From: an uncultured Actinomycetes bacterium
GTDB taxonomy: Bacteria > Actinomycetota > Thermoleophilia > RBG-16-64-13
DNA: 64,000 bases
Assembly: GCA_963775295.1 (NCBI GenBank)
Contig: CAVZIK010000006.1
Span: forward strand, 1,119,602-1,183,601
Direction of reading: 5' to 3'
Notes under the pieces: model-generated
What the model was told of the DNA's origin: nothing
The model's database searches: none
What the model saw: only the letters and a program-made list of their open reading frames with translations
Position numbers and translations under genes: made by a program
Shown here: positions 9,059-18,686 of the stretch, in pieces
How positions within the stretch are numbered: position 1 is the stretch's first letter
How the letters are laid out: each line of letters starts with the position of its first letter

Positions 9059-10308
9059 GCGTACCGTCGCCGAAAGAAGAACGTGGCCACGGCGAAAAAG
9101 ACGACCGCAAACCCGAAGGCGGCGAGCAGCGGAACATATACAGTGCTCCATGAGCCGCCATAAAGAACGTGTTGCCAGCCTTCCAGCAGCCACCCGTTAG
9201 GAGTTATTCGGCGCACCAACGCAAAGGTTCCGCCCACATTCGCAGTCCCGACGAAGTTGCCGCCCACCAGTCCAAGGAACACGAAGATGGCGCTGCCAAC
9301 GGCCCCTGCCTGGCCTGGCGTCTTTGCGAACGACACCGTGAGAAGTCCCAATGACGCCGCAACCAGCGCGCCGCACAAGGTGAGGGCGATGACCGGCCCG
9401 ATGGCGCCCCAATGGGCGTTGTACAGCAGTCGACCGGCGAGAAGAAGGACGATCGACTGCATGAGCACTATCAGATAGACCGCGACGTACTTTCCCCCGA
9501 GGATGAAACTTCTGGGGGTGGGTGTTGTGAAAAGGCGGCTAAGCGTGCCGGTCCGGTGTTCCTCGAGAATGCTTCGTGCCGGTGTGGCGGCGCCGAAGAA
9601 CATGAAGAAGATCATCATACCCACGAGCACTTGGCTGGCGACGTTGGGTTCCTTCCGGGCCTGGCCGCCCGCGATCACCGGAGCACGAGTCTCGACCGAA
9701 ACGGGCGGTTCGCCCTGACTCCGCTCGGTGTAAGCCTGCGCCGTCTTAGAAGCCACATCGGCGAGCTGCGCGTGGTCGGTCACGCCAAGAGACACGGCCA
9801 GTTGGGCGGCCGCCGATGCGGCCGCCCGTGCCCCGTCGATGTCCTGCACCACCGACTGAGTAATGGCGGAGACGATCGCGGGTCCAATGGTGAGGGAGGG
9901 GTCTTTGTAGACGAGGACCTGGGAACTGCCGCCCTGCTGGGAAGTGACAGCCGCTGACAGATCCGTGGGAATGATGACCGCGACGTCGGCGTCTCCCTTG
10001 TCGACGGCGTTGCGAGCGGCCAGCGCGGTATCCATTTTCGTGATCTTCAGTAGGTTTGACAAAGCCGGGGAGGTCAGAGCCCGTACGATGCTGGAGCCGG
10101 CGTTGATACCGGGCGCATTCGCGCCGCCGCCCGCGTCCTGATTGACGAGCGCGGTCTTGATAGGGGGCACCGAGAAATTGTCGCCGGCACCGAAGGCCGC
10201 GCCCAGGGCCGTGGCCAGAAGCAAGGGGGCGAGGATCATCATGGCAAGACCGGCGACATTGCGGTATGTATGCCGGAAGTCCTTCCAGGCGATGTTGAAG
10301 ACCTGCAT
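9055..10308 (-). CDS. ABC-2 family exporter permease (first permease)
   Basis: Same architecture as 7871..9058 (paralogous halves). Follows the ATPase gene after a 20-nt gap. Confidence 0.75.
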   Translation of the reverse strand: MQVFNIAWKDFRHTYRNVAGLAMMILAPLLLATALGAAFGAGDNFSVPPIKTALVNQDAGGGANAPGINAGSSIVRALTSPALSNLLKITKMDTALAARNAVDKGDADVAVIIPTDLSAAVTSQQGGSSQVLVYKDPSLTIGPAIVSAITQSVVQDIDGARAAASAAAQLAVSLGVTDHAQLADVASKTAQAYTERSQGEPPVSVETRAPVIAGGQARKEPNVASQVLVGMMIFFMFFGAATPARSILEEHRTGTLSRLFTTPTPRSFILGGKYVAVYLIVLMQSIVLLLAGRLLYNAHWGAIGPVIALTLCGALVAASLGLLTVSFAKTPGQAGAVGSAIFVFLGLVGGNFVGTANVGGTFALVRRITPNGWLLEGWQHVLYGGSWSTVYVPLLAAFGFAVVFFAVATFFFRRRYA

Positions 10309-10328
10309 GCAGGCTCTCGTCCCGGTCC

Positions 10329-11276
10329 TTAGTCCCTCAGGGCGCGGCCGGTGAGGTGCAGGAAGACCATCTCGAGATTCGGCTCGGACAGGTTGATCTC
10401 GGTGATGCGCGCGCCAGCGTTGCGGGCGCCGTCGAAGAGCAGCGGCATCAACGTATTAGCATCGTCGACCAGCAACCAGATCTTACCGTCCTCTGGTTCG
10501 GACACCTTGGAGACGCCGGGCAGGGCACGCCACTGTTCGGCTAGGAGTTGGGCCTCCCGGTCGACTGCCAGGTCGACCCTGGTGCGCTCGCCCACCATGG
10601 TCACCAAGTCAGCCTGAGTGCCCAGGGCGATCATCTTGCCCTGGTCCATAATGCCGATGCGGTCGGATAACTCCTGGGCCTCTTCCATGTAATGCGTGGT
10701 GTAGAGGACGGTGACGCCCTGCCGGTTCAGATCCTTGACGCCATCGAGGATCGATCTGCGGCTTTGAGGGTCGATTCCCACAGTCGGCTCGTCCAGATAG
10801 AGGAAGCGCGGTTTGTGAAGCAGAGCCGCCCCGATGTTCACGCGGCGCTTCATGCCCCCGGAGTACTTGTCCACTCTGTCTTTTTGCCGGTCGACGAGTC
10901 CCACCAATTCGAGGACCTCGTCCACGCGGCGCTGAAGTTCCGATCCGGCGAGGCCGTACATGCGACCCCAGAAGAGCAGATTTTCACGCCCGCTCAAGTC
11001 CTCGTAGAGGGCGATGTCTTGGGGTACCACTCCGATGAGTTCCCGGACCTTGACAGACTGGCGTGATACCGAAAAGCCCCCCACCAAGGCGTCTCCGCCA
11101 TCGGGCCTTAGCAGGCAGGACAGAATCGAGATGGTCGTGGTCTTGCCGGCTCCGTTCGGCCCCAACAGGCTGAAGATCTCACCCTCGTTGATCTCGAAAG
11201 AGACGTCGTCGACCGCCACCGGTCCTTTCGGCGGGTCGAACTGCTTGCGCAGGTGCTCGACTTGGATCGCGCTCAC
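10329..11276 (-). CDS. ABC transporter ATP-binding protein (ABC-2 exporter ATPase)
   Basis: Walker A GPNGAGKTT, signature YSGGMKRR, Walker B LYLDEPT. Confidence 0.9.
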   Translation of the reverse strand: MSAIQVEHLRKQFDPPKGPVAVDDVSFEINEGEIFSLLGPNGAGKTTTISILSCLLRPDGGDALVGGFSVSRQSVKVRELIGVVPQDIALYEDLSGRENLLFWGRMYGLAGSELQRRVDEVLELVGLVDRQKDRVDKYSGGMKRRVNIGAALLHKPRFLYLDEPTVGIDPQSRRSILDGVKDLNRQGVTVLYTTHYMEEAQELSDRIGIMDQGKMIALGTQADLVTMVGERTRVDLAVDREAQLLAEQWRALPGVSKVSEPEDGKIWLLVDDANTLMPLLFDGARNAGARITEINLSEPNLEMVFLHLTGRALRD

Positions 11277-11404
11277 CGAGCCCTCCCAGACGACGAGCCA
11301 TCCACACGGATCGGCTCTAGCGGCTCCCCTTACACAAGGCGGCTGCTTGGTCTCCGGAAGACACGTGACTTCACGGTTGAAGGAGACCCAGGACCCGCCG
11401 GGTT

Positions 11405-12763
11405 CTACCCGAAGACCTCTTCGCGGCTGATCATGGCTTTGTCGAGCTGGAACGCCGCGTGAAGCGCTTTCACGGCTGTCTCCATGTATTGCTTGCGGAT
11501 GACGCAGCTGATCTTGATCGTGCTCGTAGAGATCATTTCCAAGTTAATGCCATTCTCCGCCAGGACCTCGAACATCTTCGCGGCTACTCCCGGGTATGTC
11601 TTCATGCCCGCGCCGACCAGCGTTATTTTAGCGACGTCCTTGTCTGTGTCGAAAGAGCTGAAGCTTATCTCGCCGCGCAGCGACCCCAGAACGTCTGCGA
11701 TCTTGGGAAGATCGTTCTCGGAGGCCGTGAAGGAGATGTCCGCCGCTCCGTCGGACGAGACGTTTTGAATAATCACATCCACGTTGACGTGGGCTTCTGC
11801 CAGTACACTGAAGATCCTGGCCGCAACGCCGACCTTGTCGGGAAGGCCGTGGATCGTAACCTTGGCGTCTTCGAGGGCGTAAGTGACTCCGGAGATTATT
11901 GCCTGCTCCATCTTTAAATCATCCTGTCCTATCCAGGTGCCGGGGACGTCGGTGAAGCTCGAGCGGATATGCAGGGGCACGTCATAGCGCCGGGCCACTT
12001 CAACACTGCGGGCCATCATCACCTTGGCGCCGCTCGCCGCCAGTTCGAGCAATTCCTCGTTAGAGATCGTGTCCAGTTTGCGGGCCTCGGGAACGATCCG
12101 CGGGTCGGTGGTGAAGACACCCTCCACATCGGTATAGATCTCGCAGACTTCCGCGCCCAAGGCGGCAGCGAGAGCGACCGCCGTTGTATCCGAGCCGCCT
12201 CGACCGAGGGTGGTCACGTCCTTTTCCGTGGAGACTCCCTGGAATCCTGCAACGAGCACGATATTGTCCTCGTCGAGCGCCTTCCTGATCCGACTGGGCT
12301 TGATGTCGAGAATCTTGGCTTTGGTGTGCACGGTGTCCGTGACGATCCCGGCCTGCGAGCCGGTGAGCGAGATGGCCTTGAAGCCCAACTCGTGGATAGC
12401 CATGGCCAGCAGGGCGGCCGAGATGCGCTCGCCGCTGGAAAGGAGCATGTCCATCTCCCTCGCGGGGGGGTTGTCGGAGATTTCCTTGGCCATCTCGATG
12501 AGATCGTCGGTCGTGTCTCCCCGAGCCGACACCACCGCGACGACTGGATGCCCCGCCTTTCGAGCGCCCACTATGCGGGCGGCCACCCGTTTGATGCAGG
12601 TGGCATCGGCCACCGAGGAACCTCCGAACTTCATGACCACGACGTTGGTGCGCTCAGCCTTGCGCTCCGGGCCGCCAATGACTACATAGTCTTTGTGCGC
12701 CGTGTCCGTGGTCGAGGACGGGTCACCGTGCTGGTGCTGCTCATTTTCCGCCACGTGGATCAT
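11405..12763 (-). CDS. lysC: Aspartate kinase. The track start gives an N-terminal extension of about 40 aa; the true start may be near VVVMKFGG.
   Basis: [10 protein letters not shown]-binding motif and two C-terminal ACT domains ([18 protein letters not shown]...; KITLVGAGM...). Lies upstream of recR as in actinobacterial ask loci. Confidence 0.9.
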   Translation of the reverse strand: MIHVAENEQHQHGDPSSTTDTAHKDYVVIGGPERKAERTNVVVMKFGGSSVADATCIKRVAARIVGARKAGHPVVAVVSARGDTTDDLIEMAKEISDNPPAREMDMLLSSGERISAALLAMAIHELGFKAISLTGSQAGIVTDTVHTKAKILDIKPSRIRKALDEDNIVLVAGFQGVSTEKDVTTLGRGGSDTTAVALAAALGAEVCEIYTDVEGVFTTDPRIVPEARKLDTISNEELLELAASGAKVMMARSVEVARRYDVPLHIRSSFTDVPGTWIGQDDLKMEQAIISGVTYALEDAKVTIHGLPDKVGVAARIFSVLAEAHVNVDVIIQNVSSDGAADISFTASENDLPKIADVLGSLRGEISFSSFDTDKDVAKITLVGAGMKTYPGVAAKMFEVLAENGINLEMISTSTIKISCVIRKQYMETAVKALHAAFQLDKAMISREEVFG

Positions 12764-12869
12764 CGCTCCGGTTGTGGATTACCGAACGATGAATTCTATC
12801 GAATGAAACAGCGCAATTGAAGGACGGGCGGTCGCTGCACGTGTTTCCGGCAACCTGCCCTTGTTGCTC

Positions 12870-13475
12870 CTACAGGTCGCGACGGCCTGTGATCGCACGT
12901 CCCAGGGTCACCTCGTCGGCGTACTCCAGATCGCCTCCCATGGGCAAGCCCGCCGCCGGTCTGGTTATCCGCAACCCGCCCGAAGCCACCTGGGGACGGA
13001 GTTCCTCGGCGATGTACAGCGCGGTAGCTTCACCGGCCATGTTGGGGTTGGTCGCAACGATGATCTCTCGGATATCCCCCGAGCGGACTCGAGCGAACAA
13101 CTCGGTCAGACGTAGTTTCTGCGGACCGATCCCATCGAGGGGCGAAAGCGCTCCCCCAAGGACGTGGTAAAGACCGCGATATTCGTGCGTTCGCTCCACG
13201 GAAATGATGTCGCTCGGCTCCTCCACCACGCAGATGGTGCCCGTCTCTCGTCTGACATCGAGGCAGATCGAGCAGAGTTCCTCCTCGGTGAGATTGAAAC
13301 AGCGCGTGCAGAAGTGCACGGTTTCCTTGACCTGGATGAGCGCGTGGGCCAATGGAAGGGCGTCTTCCGGCGAGAGCTTCAGCAGATGGAACGTCAGCCT
13401 CTGGGCGGTCTTGGGGCCCACGCCGGGCAGCTTCGCCAGTTCGTCGATGAGCTTCTGGACCGTGGGACTAAGCAT
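12870..13475 (-). CDS. recR: Recombination protein RecR
   Basis: HhH motif LPGVGPKTAQR, Cys4 zinc finger CTRCFNLTEEELCSIC, Toprim domain; 201 aa. Confidence 0.95.
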   Translation of the reverse strand: MLSPTVQKLIDELAKLPGVGPKTAQRLTFHLLKLSPEDALPLAHALIQVKETVHFCTRCFNLTEEELCSICLDVRRETGTICVVEEPSDIISVERTHEYRGLYHVLGGALSPLDGIGPQKLRLTELFARVRSGDIREIIVATNPNMAGEATALYIAEELRPQVASGGLRITRPAAGLPMGGDLEYADEVTLGRAITGRRDL

Positions 13476-13505
13476 GTGCGACTGGGTATTGACGCACGCC
13501 CGGAA

Positions 13506-13865
13506 TCAGAAGGGCAGACCGGGGATATTGAGTCCGGAGGTTATGCCACCCAATCGCTTGTTGGCGAGTTCCTGGGCCGAGCGCAGGGCTTCATTCGTTG
13601 CGGCCATGATCATATCCTCGAGCATCTCGACGTCTTCCGGATCCACAGCCGCCGGATCGATCTTGATGCTCTTCAGTTCGATGGACCCAGTCACTTGGAC
13701 CGTCACCATGCCGCCGCCCGCGGACGCTTCGACCATCTCGCTCGCGAGATCCTCCTGCATCCTGGCCATGTCGGCCTGCATCTTCTGGACCTGCTTCATC
13801 ATCTTCTGATAGTTCGGGTTCGGGGTCACTGGTGTCTCCTCTGCTCGGCTACCGTGCGGGCCCAT
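13506..13865 (-). CDS. ybaB: Nucleoid-associated protein YbaB/EbfC. Start possibly GTG at 13829 instead, to avoid a 17-nt overlap with dnaX.
   Basis: [19 protein letters not shown]...[10 protein letters not shown] is the canonical YbaB signature, in the conserved dnaX-ybaB-recR order. Confidence 0.9.
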   Translation of the reverse strand: MGPHGSRAEETPVTPNPNYQKMMKQVQKMQADMARMQEDLASEMVEASAGGGMVTVQVTGSIELKSIKIDPAAVDPEDVEMLEDMIMAATNEALRSAQELANKRLGGITSGLNIPGLPF

Positions 13866-15549
13866 CGTCGATAATCTGGGCGTCGAACTCTTGCTTGAGC
13901 ACTCTGATGAGATCGTCTTTGCTCAGGATTCTAGCATCTCCATCCTGCGGTGCTGCCTCCCCGGCCTGCTCGGCGGCCACCGTGGCGACCACACGCATCG
14001 TGCGCCCGGTGATCTCCCTGAGAGCCTCGGCGATAACCCGTGGGTTCTCCCCCCGCGAGACCTGATTGGCTTGAAACCCGTAGCCGGCTGGAAACTTCAC
14101 CACGAACTCGTCGCCTTCGAGGCTCTCGGGCCTGCCTTCGGCCAACACGGCCGACAATCCGGCCTGCCGCTTCTTGACCGCCTCCAACACGAGGGGCCAC
14201 GCACGCTTCAGATGGTCGATATCGGCCTGGATGGTGGCCGAAGAAAAGTCGTCGGGAGCGGCCGGCTGCGTAGGCTCCTGAACGCGTTCTGAAGGAGGCG
14301 ATGCCGGCGCTATCCCGCCGTGCCCATCGGTTCCGAGGTTCGGGGTGGGCGTCAGCTCAGTCGCCGGTTTGGGGGCTGGCCTGCCGACCTCGCGCTCAGG
14401 CGCCGCCGCCGCGGGCGCAGTCTTTGTCTCAACCGCCACTCTGGTACTTCCCGCGGGACCAAACGCCGTCATCTTGATGAGCGCCAGCTCCAGCTCCAGG
14501 CGGGAATCCGATCCCTGACGGACCGCACGCAGGGCTTCTCCGAGAAGATCGATGAACGTCACCGTCCGCGCGATAGGCACGCGGTTGGCTTGACCGCGAA
14601 GGGCGTCGAGCTGCTCCTCGCTGAGCGCGATGCTCGGGGGGGTGTCGGCGGTGTGCTTGACGACGTACATGTCGCGCAGGTAGCTCAAGAGGTCCTTCAT
14701 GAACTGGTTGTAGTCCGTTCCCGATTGGTTCAGCCGCTCGACGAAGAGCAGCGCTCCCTGAGTGTCGTATTGATGAACCATCTCCACGATCTCGAACAAT
14801 AAGTCGTGCTGGACGATGCCGAGGATATCCAAGGTCTCCTGCAGCGAGATCTGGCCGCTGGAGTAGGTGGAGAGTTGGTCCAGGGTACCGATGGCGTCTC
14901 TGAAGCTGCCTGCGGCAGCCCGGGCTATCACCGTCAGCGACGCATCGGCGACTTGGATGTTCTCCTGGCGCGCGACCGAGGTGAGTACGCGGACGACCTC
15001 CTGGATTGAGGGCCGACGAAAGTCGAAACGCTGGCAGCGCGACAGGATGGTAGCCGGCACCTTGTGCGGTTCGGTCGTCGCCATGACGAATATCGCGTGC
15101 GCCGGCGGCTCCTCGAGTGTTTTCAACAAGGCGTTGAAAGCCTCTGGGGTGAGCATGTGGACCTCGTCCACGATGTAGACCTTCATCCGGCTCTCCACCG
15201 GAGCAAAGTGCACCTTGTCGCGGAGGTCGCGAATATCGTCGATTCCTCGGTTGGAGGCGGCGTCCATCTCCACCACGTCGAGGGCGCTGCCCCGGCGGAC
15301 AGCTTCACAATGCTGGCAGGTGCCGTCGGGCGTGGGGGTCGGTTTGCCTCCGCCTGCGTCGCAGTTGAGGGCCATCGCAAGGATCTTAGCCGTAGAAGTC
15401 TTTCCCGTGCCTCGCGGACCCGTGAATAGATAGGCGTGGCTGACCCGGTCTTGATTGATGGCGTTTACGAGCGTGCGCGCGACGTGCTCTTGCCCGACGA
15501 TGTCCTCGAAGCGCGCCGGCCGGTACTTGCGATAAAGGGAGACAGACAT
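13849..15549 (-). CDS. dnaX: DNA polymerase III subunits gamma/tau
   Basis: [15 protein letters not shown], Walker [10 protein letters not shown], zinc module CQHC, clamp-loader AAA+ and lid domains, Pro-rich tau linker. Confidence 0.95.
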   Translation of the reverse strand: MSVSLYRKYRPARFEDIVGQEHVARTLVNAINQDRVSHAYLFTGPRGTGKTSTAKILAMALNCDAGGGKPTPTPDGTCQHCEAVRRGSALDVVEMDAASNRGIDDIRDLRDKVHFAPVESRMKVYIVDEVHMLTPEAFNALLKTLEEPPAHAIFVMATTEPHKVPATILSRCQRFDFRRPSIQEVVRVLTSVARQENIQVADASLTVIARAAAGSFRDAIGTLDQLSTYSSGQISLQETLDILGIVQHDLLFEIVEMVHQYDTQGALLFVERLNQSGTDYNQFMKDLLSYLRDMYVVKHTADTPPSIALSEEQLDALRGQANRVPIARTVTFIDLLGEALRAVRQGSDSRLELELALIKMTAFGPAGSTRVAVETKTAPAAAAPEREVGRPAPKPATELTPTPNLGTDGHGGIAPASPPSERVQEPTQPAAPDDFSSATIQADIDHLKRAWPLVLEAVKKRQAGLSAVLAEGRPESLEGDEFVVKFPAGYGFQANQVSRGENPRVIAEALREITGRTMRVVATVAAEQAGEAAPQDGDARILSKDDLIRVLKQEFDAQIIDDGPAR

Positions 15550-15786
15550 CCTGCGGGGTGACTCCTTGTCGTCCTCGTCGCTTTGTCAAGCTTGACGTGC
15601 CGTCTCGGGACCGCGGGGGAGAAGCGGTGAAGCCGAGCGGAGCGATTATATCAAGCCGCCCGGCGCTGCTCTCCCGGTCGCCGGAACCACGCGAGAGGCG
15701 TCTCGTTCTGGTTTGCCTTGCGCGAGGTAGAAAGCATGCATATATTGGTTTTGGTTGCCCGGGATCGATCGAGGGATGGGCGTCTA

Positions 15787-18363
15787 ATGGATCTCGCGAG
15801 TTTCAACGTGGTGCCCGCGTTTCCAAGAGGCCTGGGTTCACTGCTGGAACTAGCCCTCGATCTACGCTGGTCGGTCGATCCCGAAGTGGTCGATGTTTGG
15901 CCGACTATCGACGCGGATGCGTGGGCCAAGTCCGGCAGCCCTTTGGCCGTTCTGCAAAGTTGCTCCCGATCTCGTCTTGCCGAGCTGGCATCTGATCGTT
16001 CTTTCAGAGGGCTCCTGCGTCCGAAAGTCGAAAGCAGGGCCCGGAGACTTGAATCGCCGGGATGGTTTCAGGAACGATACCCAGCCGGTCCCCTTACCGG
16101 CGTAGCGTACTTTTGCATGGAATTCGGCCTTGGCGAGGCCATTCCTATGTATGCGGGAGGACTGGGAATACTCGCGGGAGATCATCTCAAGGCCTGCAGC
16201 GATCTGGGCGTGCCCATCGTCGGCGTGGGATTGCTCTATCAAAGAGGCTACTTCCGCCAAGCTCTCAGCGCGTTTGGGTCCCAGGTGGAGATATATCCCT
16301 TCAGCGACCCGGCGCAGATGCCGGTCACGCCTGCGAGGGACGAAGCCGGGGATTGGCTCAATATCTCTGTGTGGCTCCCTCAGGGGGAAGTCATTCTCAG
16401 AGTCTGGGAAGTCACGGTGGGGCGGGCGCGGGTGTTCCTGCTCGACACCAACCATCCGCTCAACACGCCTTCTGACAGGGGCCTGGCGGGTGAGTTGTAC
16501 GGCAGCGGCACCGAGACGAGGCTGCAACAGGAGATCCTTCTGGGCCTCGGTGGATGGCGCCTGCTGCGCAGGCTTGGGCTGGATCCCGAGATCTGCCATA
16601 TCAACGAGGGCCACGCGGCCCTAGCGGCGGTGGAGCGGGCCCGTTTCTTCATGGCGGACAATTCGGTGAACTTCGGGGAGGCCGTCACCGCGACGAGGCC
16701 CGGGAATCTCTTTACCACTCACACCCCGGTCGAGGCCGGGTTCGATCGGTTTCCCCCCGGTTTGATCAAGCAGTACCTGACAGCCTATGCCTCAGAGTTG
16801 GGGCTCAGCACCGAGGAGTTCCTCGGGTTGGGCAGAATCGACTCCAACTCTGCCGTAGAGCCATTCAATATGGCCTACTTGGCTCTAAGGACCTGCGGCG
16901 CTGCCAATGCGGTGAGCAAGCTCCACGCGGCGGTCACCCATCAGCTCTTCGCACCGGTCTTTCCGCGTACGCCGCTCGGAGAGGTACCCGTGGGCTGCGT
17001 GACGAACGCCGTGCACGTGCCCTCCTGGCTTTCGGCGGAGTCCTACCGATTCTGGAAGGAACGGGTCGGTACGGACTGGTGGTTCGGCAAGCGGTCAGCC
17101 CGCGATTCCGGTGTGGAGGGCTCCTCAGCGGGGCACGAGGAACCAGTATTCGACGAGGCGCTCTGGGCTCTTCGCCGCCGCAACCGGGAGAAATTGGTCG
17201 AGGCTGTGAGAGCCCACTCTATCCGGCATCGGGGAGATCCCTGGCGTCCCAGCGGCGCGGGGACGGAGAATCGCGACTTTCTCGACGCCGGAGCGCTCAC
17301 CCTGGGCTTCGCCCGACGCTTTGCCAGCTACAAACGGTGCACCTTGCTTCTGAGAGACCCTGATCGCCTTGCTCGGATCCTGTCTTCCGACGAGAGACCC
17401 GTGCAGCTGATCATCGGAGGCAAGGCCTATCCTTCCGACCTGGAGGGCAAGGCCATGATCCGGGCTTGGGCAGAGTTCACCCGGCGCGCCGACGTGCGGC
17501 ATCGAGTTGCTTTCCTCGTTGACTACGACATGGCCATCGCCGCGGACTTGGTGCAAGGAGTCGACGTCTGGGTCAATAACCCCAGGCGCCCCTTCGAGGC
17601 GAGCGGGACCAGCGGCATGAAGGTACTGGCGAACGGCGGTCTCAATCTGTCCGAACTGGACGGCTGGTGGGCCGAAGCGTACACGCCGGAATGTGGCTGG
17701 TGCATCGGGGATGGAATCCCGGAAGGCGTCGATCCCTATGCCCTTGACGAGATAGAGGCCGAGCAACTGTATTCGCGGCTGGAACAAGAGGTCGTGCCAC
17801 TCTTCTACGACCGTGATTCGCGGGGGATTCCCTCGGGATGGCTGCGGCTGGTGAGAAACAGCATGAAGAGGCTCGCCCCCGAGTTTTCCGCTCACCGCAT
17901 GGTGTCCGACTACGTGACGGAGTTCTATGATCCCGGAGCCCGTGCATATTTGTTGCGCTCGTCCGATGCCGGGGCCACAGCGCGGGAGATGGGGGAATGG
18001 AGCCGGAGGGTAGTCGGGTTGCTGGGAGGGGTGCGCTTTGAGCGAGCCACGGTTCGAGACAAGGACGGCCAACGCGTCTTCGAGGCGACGATTCACCCCA
18101 ACGGTCTCACGGACGAGTTCCGATCGGGGAGCCTGTTGGTGGAGGCCTACTGCGAACCCGATTCCGGGGCCGGAGTGCCCTGGCGCGATCGGCTCGAGCT
18201 TCACGACGAGGCGGACGGGCTCTTGGTGTTCGCGGGTGCAGTCTGCTCGACCCGGCCCTTGGAGCGCTTCACCGCCAGAGTGGTCCCGGCTCATCCGATG
18301 GCGTTCGGTAGATTGGAGATGCCGTCGCCGGTGTGGGCCGAGAGCCCACCCGAGATCAGTTGA
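15787..18363 (+). CDS. glgP: Alpha-glucan phosphorylase (GT35, GlgP-type). Start trimmed to Met 15787; the track ORF begins at 15718.
   Basis: Length of about 860 aa and conserved GT35 blocks (GGLGILAGDHLKACSDLGVPIVGVGLLY, EGHAALAAVER, GKAYPSD, EASGTSGMK with the PLP Lys). Confidence 0.9.
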   Translation: MDLASFNVVPAFPRGLGSLLELALDLRWSVDPEVVDVWPTIDADAWAKSGSPLAVLQSCSRSRLAELASDRSFRGLLRPKVESRARRLESPGWFQERYPAGPLTGVAYFCMEFGLGEAIPMYAGGLGILAGDHLKACSDLGVPIVGVGLLYQRGYFRQALSAFGSQVEIYPFSDPAQMPVTPARDEAGDWLNISVWLPQGEVILRVWEVTVGRARVFLLDTNHPLNTPSDRGLAGELYGSGTETRLQQEILLGLGGWRLLRRLGLDPEICHINEGHAALAAVERARFFMADNSVNFGEAVTATRPGNLFTTHTPVEAGFDRFPPGLIKQYLTAYASELGLSTEEFLGLGRIDSNSAVEPFNMAYLALRTCGAANAVSKLHAAVTHQLFAPVFPRTPLGEVPVGCVTNAVHVPSWLSAESYRFWKERVGTDWWFGKRSARDSGVEGSSAGHEEPVFDEALWALRRRNREKLVEAVRAHSIRHRGDPWRPSGAGTENRDFLDAGALTLGFARRFASYKRCTLLLRDPDRLARILSSDERPVQLIIGGKAYPSDLEGKAMIRAWAEFTRRADVRHRVAFLVDYDMAIAADLVQGVDVWVNNPRRPFEASGTSGMKVLANGGLNLSELDGWWAEAYTPECGWCIGDGIPEGVDPYALDEIEAEQLYSRLEQEVVPLFYDRDSRGIPSGWLRLVRNSMKRLAPEFSAHRMVSDYVTEFYDPGARAYLLRSSDAGATAREMGEWSRRVVGLLGGVRFERATVRDKDGQRVFEATIHPNGLTDEFRSGSLLVEAYCEPDSGAGVPWRDRLELHDEADGLLVFAGAVCSTRPLERFTARVVPAHPMAFGRLEMPSPVWAESPPEIS

Positions 18364-18399
18364 AGAAAGTGACCGTGCACCCACCGTTGAAGACGTGCC

Positions 18400-18492
18400 T
18401 CCGAGCGCCCGCCGGTAGCCAGCTCAAGCCAAGCTACCCCACGGCACATGAAAGAGTCCGCTTAGGGCTGCTACCTTCCGGTCCTGACCCGA
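18400..18492 (-). ncRNA. ffs: Signal recognition particle RNA (4.5S/SRP RNA, small bacterial type); boundaries approximate
   Basis: The minus strand reads ...CGGGUCAGGACCGGAAGGUAGCAGCCCUAAGCGGAC...GUGCCGUGGGGUAGCUUGGC.... The segment GGUCAGGACCGGAAGGUAGCAGCC matches the universal domain-IV core of E. coli 4.5S (GGUCAGGUCCGGAAGGAAGCAGCC) at 22 of 24 positions, including the GGAA tetraloop and AGCAGCC. It sits in a 320-bp gap with no convincing ORF, 0.8 kb from tRNA-Ser. Confidence 0.7.
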
Positions 18493-18499
18493 TTCACGG

Positions 18500-18528
18500 A
18501 TTTTCATTGCGCAGGACCTGGCCGTCAA
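18500..18528 (-). promoter_or_regulatory. Candidate sigma-70-type promoter of ffs (TTGACG - 17 nt - GAAAAT)
   Basis: Minus strand: -35 TTGACG (18528-18523), a 17-nt spacer, then -10 GAAAAT (18505-18500). The predicted transcription start is about 7 nt downstream, at the first conserved SRP nucleotides. Confidence 0.4.
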
Positions 18529-18686
18529 CACCACACGCCGGCGTCAGACCTCACAGGCCCGCTCCTATGGTGGGAATTCCGTCCCGCTAAAGCGGATTGC
18601 GGGTACAGGGCACCGCTAGCTCCCCACCTAGCACGGTCGCCAGGAGTATACAGCAGGACGTGCCGGTCGCAGGCGCGTGGGAGAGA

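Noticed and set aside
15560-15720. SRP-RNA candidate based on AGCAGC plus GCGA loop upstream of dnaX
   Set aside because: The 5'/3' halves cannot pair into helix 5/8. A far better SRP core match exists at 18465-18490, so this is kept only as a leader hairpin.
17125-18384. 419-aa minus-strand ORF
   Set aside because: Antisense to glgP (a typical high-GC shadow ORF), Pro/Arg/Gly-rich, no motifs.
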